A DNA stretch of 64,000 nt from Rhodospirillales bacterium (GTDB lineage: Bacteria > Pseudomonadota > Alphaproteobacteria > Bin95). The DNA lies in NCBI GenBank assembly GCA_038143065.1, contig JAYQLI010000035.1, positions 1 through 64,000 of the forward strand, written 5' to 3'. The translations under genes were made by a program, and so were the position numbers. Of the stretch, positions 57,877 to 64,000 are shown one piece after another (the first letter of the stretch is position 1; the number at the start of each line of letters is the position of its first letter). Under the pieces are notes generated by a model. That model was not told the origin of the DNA, did no database searches, and was given only the letters and a program-made list of their open reading frames with translations.

Positions 57877-59916
57877 CCTGCAGAATGCATGAAAATATTG
57901 CCCAGTCGATCTACCTCTGCAATTAATCCTGGATCGACAAAAATTGTTGCATCTGGTTGTTCAAGGATAGCTGGACCATCAATTTGAGTGCCGATTGGTA
58001 ATTCAAGCCTTTTTGAACACACTGGCCTCATGCCATTTACCATCTGCATATACTTTGCGTTTACCGCTGAGGGATCTCTCTGAGTTTCCACTAGCAGGTG
58101 CAAGGCGTTCCAAATCGAAAGGTGGACGACGGCCAATGACAGCTACCCGAAGGTTCATTACCCGAACTTGTGGACCGTTCAAAAGTCTTCCAAATGATTT
58201 ATTATAAGCAGCTTCAAAAGTTGAGAGGACCGCGTCTCTACTAAGATCAATAGCTGACAGCTCGTCTCCTAATAGTCGAACCGGTATGGAGTGAGTTTGT
58301 CCCTGATAGTGCATGTCCAGCTCTATCTCTATCACCGTCTTGTCAATTGGCGCTCTTGAACTTTCTAGCTTAGCAGTTCCTTCTATCCAGAATTTTAAAG
58401 CTAGATCGGCTAAATATCCCTCTTTCACATCATCGAGTGCGGAATTGATGGTTTGTACTCGATCAAGACGCATATCGGCGATATTTGCACCCAAGGCGGA
58501 TAGAACGCCTGGGTAACGGGGAGAAACAGCTCCAGCGAGACCTACCTCACGAATGAGTGCACCAGCATGAAGAGCCCCTCCACCGCCAAATGGCATTGCC
58601 ACAAACTGACTTGGGTCGTGCCCACGTTCTATCGAAACTATTCGTATGGCCCCAGCCATAGCTGCATTTGCAACCTTAATTACAGCCTCTGCAGCTTCTA
58701 CGACAGATAGGCCCAAAGGATCTGCTACCTCGGTTTTTATCGCTTTTTCTGCGGCGGAAATATCTAGGTGTCCGAGTTCTCCACCAATTGGACTATCAGG
58801 GTTGATCCGTCCCAGAAGAACATTGGCGTCTGTGACTGTTGGTAGGCTTCCACCTTTCCCATAGCACGCAGGACCAGGGTCAGCACCAGCACTTTCGGGA
58901 CCAACTCTCAGCATACCGCCCGCATCTATCCAAGCAATTGAGCCTCCACCAGCGCCAATAGTGGTGATTTCTACCATCGGTGCTCTAACGACCATGCCGA
59001 AGTCGATAGAAGTTTCTGCAGCAAGTGATGTGCGGCCATTTGCAATCAGAGATACATCAAAACTTGTACCTCCCATGTCGCATCCTATTACATTGGGATA
59101 TCCTGCGGCTAATCCAACTGCTCTGGCGGCGACAACACCAGCTGCAGGGCCAGACAAGGCGGTGCGGATGGGGGCTTTACTTGCTTCATCCGCGGTCATT
59201 AACCCTCCGTTCGATTGAACTATCAAAAGGCTTGCACCGTCTTCACCTAGAGAGCTTTGAAGCCGCCCAAGATAACGACCCATGGCTGGCTGAAGGTAGG
59301 CGTTTAAGACGGCTGTTGATGTTCGCTCAAATTCTCGGATCTCGGGGAGAATATCCGTTGCGGTAGTTACATGAGCATTGGGCCAAACACGTTCTACGGC
59401 TTCACGGGCAGCTTTTTCATTTTGCGAATTTGCATAAGCGTTAACGAAAGCAATCGCAATCGCTTCGCAACCTGCAGAAGCAAGATTACGCGCAGCCTTT
59501 TCTACTGCTTCGACATCCACATCAAGCTCAATTCTTCCATCCGATAAAACGCGCTCTGGAACTTCTATGCGATCTTTGCGCTGCGCAACGGGTCGAAAGG
59601 TTCCTCTTAGACCCCATGTCCGTGGTCTATCACGCCGGCGCATTTCAAGGACATCCCGAAACCCCTCACTGGTAATTAAGCCAGTGCGAGCGCCTTTTCG
59701 CTCTAGCAGTGCATTTGTTCCCACAGTGGTGCCATGAACGACGGCGTCTATAGATTGCAGATCAGAAATAGCACTTAAGCCGTTCAAGAAACCAACAGAT
59801 TGGTCAGCTGGTGTTGAGGGTGTTTTTGCAGTTTTGATTTCACCAGTTTTGGGATTGATTGCAAAAATATCAGTAAAGGTACCGCCTACATCTACTCCAA
59901 CAATCCAGCCACTCAT
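57873..59916 (-). CDS. Hydantoinase/oxoprolinase subunit A (second copy)
   Basis: GVDVGGTFTD, HGTTVGTNA, SGPAAG, DMGGTS, SAGADPGPACY. Confidence 0.92.
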
Positions 59917-61596
59917 GCGAGGTCTCCATAATCCCTAGCCGCGGCAGACTCGGAAATATATCCAGCCTCCAAATCAGCAAGGATAGACTGGTGGGACCGA
60001 TCTTTGGGACAACCGTAGCCACCCCCTCCTGGCGTCTCCAGTCTGAGGCGCATCCCTCGCTTCATCGGAATACCAACAATTTTAGACGCCATTGGGGGAC
60101 TAATTGGTTTTTCTGCATCCTCGGTGTCATAAAAAAATTTATTCAAAGCAGCGGGTTGTCCTCCGAGTACGCCTGGAGGAGATGTTCTTGCGCGCTCTCC
60201 AAATAGAAATGCCTGAGCATTTTCTTCCAATAGTTCTATTTCATAGATTGCACCCAAGCCTCCCCGGTATTTACCTGGCCCCCCAGAGTCTGGCCTAAGG
60301 GCCCACTGACGAAATACAACCGGATATGCAGCTTCAAGGATTTCTAAAGGAGGAATGGTTGCGGTTGAAATAGGCGCATTGCCATGCTGAAGCCCGTCTT
60401 CGCTAGCCGATCCGCCATGACCACCCCAAAAAATGAAAACATAACCCAAGGTGCTCCGCTATCACTACGGCGGCCGGCTATGGATAGCGCATTGATAGTC
60501 CCATAAGCGCATCCGTTAGTTCGCTGTGGTGCAGCTTCCGACATAGCCTGGAAGACAAGGTCGATTAAGCGCAAGATAGTTTCCGTGTAACCACCAACGG
60601 GTTTTGGCGCAGTTGCTGCCAGGATGGAGTTCTCAGGGATGACTACATTGATAGGAACCATAGCCCCTGCGTTAGCTGGAATTTCATCGAAGACATGTTT
60701 CATTGCAACGTAGCAAGCGGCGTGGGTCGTTGCTTTTGAAATATTGATAGGTCCTAAACAAGAGCCAGCTGAACCAGAAAAGTCCAGCTCCATCTCATCC
60801 CCGGCGATAGTGATTTTTAGGCTTAATTTTAATTCTTCATCGACCACGCCATCGTTATCCATGTAGTCGGTTGCTTGATACACGCCGTCAGGAAGACCTT
60901 CTATTTCACGACGCATAAGTCTCTCGGCCCTATCTTTGAGAGCTGTCATCGCCTCATCAATTACGTCGTCGGAGTATTCATCGAGGATCGCATGGAGGCG
61001 CTGCGCTCCCAGATTTAGGCATTAATTTGGGCGTTTAAGTCACCGTAAAGGCTCATAGGCAGCCTTGAATTGGCCTCCAACATTGCTTGAATATCTTGCT
61101 GATATAGACCTCCGCGGAAAAGTTTGACTGGTGGGCAAACAAACCCTTCTTGAAAAGCCTCTGTAGCGGCAGGATTGTAATTGCCAGGAACCGCACCCCC
61201 GACGTCGTGCCAATGCCCGACCGATGCTATCCAACAGAACACCTTGCCTTTCCGAAAAATTGGCTGAACCAGGCGGAAATCTGAGAGATGAGTTCCTCCA
61301 TCCCACGGGTCATTGAAGATATAAACGTCTCCATCTTCGAGGTCGTTTTCTTTTTCTGCTTTATCAATGACGGTTTTTACTGCAAATGCCATTGCGCCTA
61401 CAAAAATAGGTAACCCAGATTTCCCCTGGGCAAGTGTTTCCCCAGTGCTTCGATGATAAATTCCATGCGATGCATCATGAGCTTCTGCAATAATCGGATT
61501 AAAGGCGCTTCTGAAAAGCGTTGCATCCATTTCATCAACGATCTGCTCCAAGCGACCGTTGAGGACAGCAAGAGTGACAGGGTCAAGTGTTGTCAT
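59913..61596 (-). CDS. Hydantoinase B/oxoprolinase subunit (second copy, frameshifted)
   Basis: EM...FRSAFNPII, NDPWDGGTHLSD, HWHDVGG, DFSGS, DSGGPGKYRGG, TPGGGGYG. Confidence 0.9.
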
Positions 61597-61639
61597 TGGG
61601 TGCCATCTTGGTTTGCGGTGAAATTAAGTATTGTTGGCT

Positions 61640-62421
61640 TTAACATTTGTGATTGGGGTCAGATAGCTCAATGATAGCTTGATGCATTTGTCTGATATCA
61701 CTTTCTCTCGAAAGTCTGTGATCCCCGTCTTTTATGAGGATTACTTTAACGTCTTCTGACACTATCTTTTCTGCAATTTCCAGGGACAATTCCCACTGCA
61801 CAGCGTCGTCTAACATGCCGTGGAGAAGTCTTGTCCGTCCGTGAAAAGCAATGGGCTTTTCAAGGACAACATTTTTATTCCCATCGTCTAAGAGTGCCTT
61901 TGTAAAAACGTATGGCTCAGGGGCATATTCACTGGGACGGCGTATAAGCCCATCACGTGTTAATGCTTCAGCTTCTTCTTTTGACAGGCTTTTTGCAGGC
62001 TCCGGGTGAAGTCGGGAGCCGCTGCAATGCCCACTAACCCAGTTACACGATTAGGCAAGGCGAGAGCAGATAGAAGCATCAGCCAGCCGCCCATGCTAGA
62101 CCCAACGACAATTTGTGGTCCTTGGGTTAGTTCTTCAATTACGAGTTGAGCGTCTGAGGCCCAATCGCTTAGAGTGGTTTCCTCAAATTTACTAGAAGAC
62201 TGTCCATGCCCGCGGCAGTCAAATCGCACAAAAGACTGTCCTCTTTCGGCACAAAATTCATCGAGGCGTGTTGCTTTCTCGCCATCCATATCGGAACGAA
62301 GGCCATGAATAAAAACAACCCCGGGCAGATCAGCGCGCTTGCCGCGGGTTCTGTGGTAGGCAATATAGCCTCCATCAGGTCGATTCAACTGCGCCGCCGG
62401 TGTTAATCCGGTACTGTTCAT
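61640..62421 (-). CDS. Alpha/beta hydrolase (ABHD10-like), frameshifted
   Basis: SDMDGEKA, RFDCRGHG, GSSMGGW, AAAPDF, HGMLDD, GDHRLSR. Confidence 0.88.
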
Positions 62422-62441
62422 GATTAACGCTCCAAAAGGGG

Positions 62442-63707
62442 GTGGAAATGATGCGTCCAGGCACCATGCCGCTCCGTTTTGCATATTCTAGCGGGACTTT
62501 GGGGTTGAACCAAGTTGAACGCGGAGAAATACGAGCGTCATTTTCTGGAATTGGTCGCACGCCAGTTATTGTTCAGGCAATGCCAGCGATTGATGCTAGT
62601 GGGTCGGAGACAACAGCTCTCTGGGCTGCAGAAGTGGCTGCATTAGCAGGGGCACAATCGATAGTGGCATCTGGGTCGGGCCCAGCCGAGCGTTTAAAGA
62701 GATTTGGTGCAAAGCATTTAATGGTTGCTATTGAGCAGAGTGGGCCATTAGCAAGCAGCAATAATATCACTCGCCTCAGAAAACTAATTCTAGAAACAAA
62801 AGCTGATATATTACATGTGCGGTCGCAAGAAATTGCCTGGGCAGCGCTTCAAGCAGCACGAGATACTCAATGCATTGTTGTCACATCTTGCGGCACAGAT
62901 GATGTTTTTTCGAATGTAACAAGAGATGGGGGCTCACTCGCTGAAGGACATTGTATCATTGCGGGCTCTAATCACGTGAAAGAATTGATTCAGCAGTCAG
63001 ATGCCGAGCGAGGGGAACGCATTGCAGTAATTCCAGACGGTGCAGATCTCGCGAATTATTGTCCGGAGAGTGTATCTGCCGAGCGCTTGGCTCAATTGGC
63101 AAAATCATGGGGTAATTTGGAAGAGCCGTCACCGATCATTCTCGTGCCGGGTGCTGTTAACCCTCTGCGCGGACAGATTGACCTTGTGCGGGCTTTTGGG
63201 ATGATTTTACGAACTAATATAAAGACCTCTGACGCCACACTGATTATAGCTGGTACAATTGGTCGAACAGATTCTTACGCAAGGGAACTGAGCCGTGTGG
63301 TTAAGAATCTTAGTTTGCAAAAACGAGTTTTTATAGCTGGTGATCTTGATGATATGCCCGCAGCTATGCTTATGGCCGATGTTGTGGCATCCGTACCAAC
63401 AAGGCCCTTGGGTCAAGACCCTACCGCCGCTATGGCAGCTGCTCTAGGTAAACCTGTGATTGGAGCATCACACGGTGCGACTGCAGAAACTGTTGAGGAA
63501 AATAAGACAGGTCGTCTTTGCCTGCCATCCAACCCCAATGCCATAGCTTCAGCAATAACTGAGGTCCTTTCGCTGCCTGCTTTCCTCCGAAATCAAATGG
63601 CTGAGAACGCGCGGGCAAGAGCCGAAAAGCTTTTTTCAGCCCGCAAGAGCGCACTTGCACTTGCAAGAGTTTATGGTGCTCTTCTCGGTTCTAACGAGTT
63701 AGGATAA
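62442..63707 (+). CDS. Glycosyltransferase family 4-like protein with degenerate motifs
   Basis: GT-B pattern (ADILHVRS, DDMPAAML.ADVV, GKPVI..HG..ETV..TG.L), but the ExFG/Ex7E motif is replaced by LGQDPTAAMA. Confidence 0.75.
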   Translation: MEMMRPGTMPLRFAYSSGTLGLNQVERGEIRASFSGIGRTPVIVQAMPAIDASGSETTALWAAEVAALAGAQSIVASGSGPAERLKRFGAKHLMVAIEQSGPLASSNNITRLRKLILETKADILHVRSQEIAWAALQAARDTQCIVVTSCGTDDVFSNVTRDGGSLAEGHCIIAGSNHVKELIQQSDAERGERIAVIPDGADLANYCPESVSAERLAQLAKSWGNLEEPSPIILVPGAVNPLRGQIDLVRAFGMILRTNIKTSDATLIIAGTIGRTDSYARELSRVVKNLSLQKRVFIAGDLDDMPAAMLMADVVASVPTRPLGQDPTAAMAAALGKPVIGASHGATAETVEENKTGRLCLPSNPNAIASAITEVLSLPAFLRNQMAENARARAEKLFSARKSALALARVYGALLGSNELG

Positions 63708-63729
63708 TAAATCTTCGTAATCCAGCGCG

Positions 63730-63757
63730 TTGACAGAGCCAGATCGCACGCTAGTTT
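63730..63757 (+). promoter_or_regulatory. Putative sigma70 promoter of thrS
   Basis: TTGACA-N16-TAGTTT (GCTA-type -10 element) about 40 bp upstream of the thrS ATG. Confidence 0.5.
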
Positions 63758-63795
63758 GCGGCGGCTAATCAATTGTGAAACATGACGAGGTTAAC

Positions 63796-64000
63796 ATGCC
63801 GAGCGACGCTCAGGCCGAAGCCACAATTAAGGTAACTCTACCCGATGGAGCAAATCGCCAGTTGGCAAAAGGTTCTACCGGTAGGGCTCTTGCATCAGAT
63901 ATATCTACAAGTCTGGGTAAGAAAGCTATAGCAGTTAAGCAAGACGGCGAAGTTATAGACCTTGACCGTGAGCTAGTTAATGGGGCGTCTGTTGAAATTG
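63796..64000 (+). CDS. thrS: Threonine--tRNA ligase, N-terminal TGS domain (runs off the window)
   Basis: IKVTLPDGANR..GSTG..LA..IS.SLGKKAIAVK.DG..IDL; GAGG RBS upstream. Confidence 0.88.
   Translation, partial: MPSDAQAEATIKVTLPDGANRQLAKGSTGRALASDISTSLGKKAIAVKQDGEVIDLDRELVNGASVEI

Noticed and set aside
63708-63795. tRNA-Thr anticodon-mimic operator upstream of thrS
   Set aside because: TTCGTAA lies upstream of the predicted promoter and the other candidate hairpin coincides with the -10 box; no convincing stem.

Overview
Alphaproteobacterial chromosome segment, probably marine and Rhodospirillales-like. Many conserved genes (clpA, tyrS, iscS, metC, anmK) carry single-base frameshifts, which points to uncorrected long-read errors rather than real pseudogenes. 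Bases 1-8750 form an AT-rich accessory island ending at tRNA-Gly(CCC). It holds a DUF6538-type tyrosine integrase next to the tRNA 3' end and a second integrase fragment. It also holds an att-like site at 4304-4475 (arm-type repeat, IHF boxes and a tRNA 3'-end remnant with a hairpin in its T-loop) and a stand-alone protein with family-A polymerase palm motifs. Cargo genes are a cold-shock protein, a probable UxxC selenoprotein redoxin, a duplicated SMR exporter and a polysaccharide lyase-like lipoprotein. The remaining ~55 kb is metabolic and housekeeping. It contains a radical SAM/leuD/Leu dehydrogenase/CoA-transferase run, tRNA-Pro(CGG) and a highly divergent isocitrate dehydrogenase-like gene. 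Many catabolic paralogs follow (Ldh_2, SDRs, CaiB, acyl-CoA ligases, two hydantoinase/oxoprolinase pairs), together with ilvD, alaX-sseA-metC, pyrF, fhs, clpSA, fdx-iscS-nifS, anmK, tyrS, a degenerate GT4 and the start of thrS. All calls come from motif reading by eye; no database searches were run.
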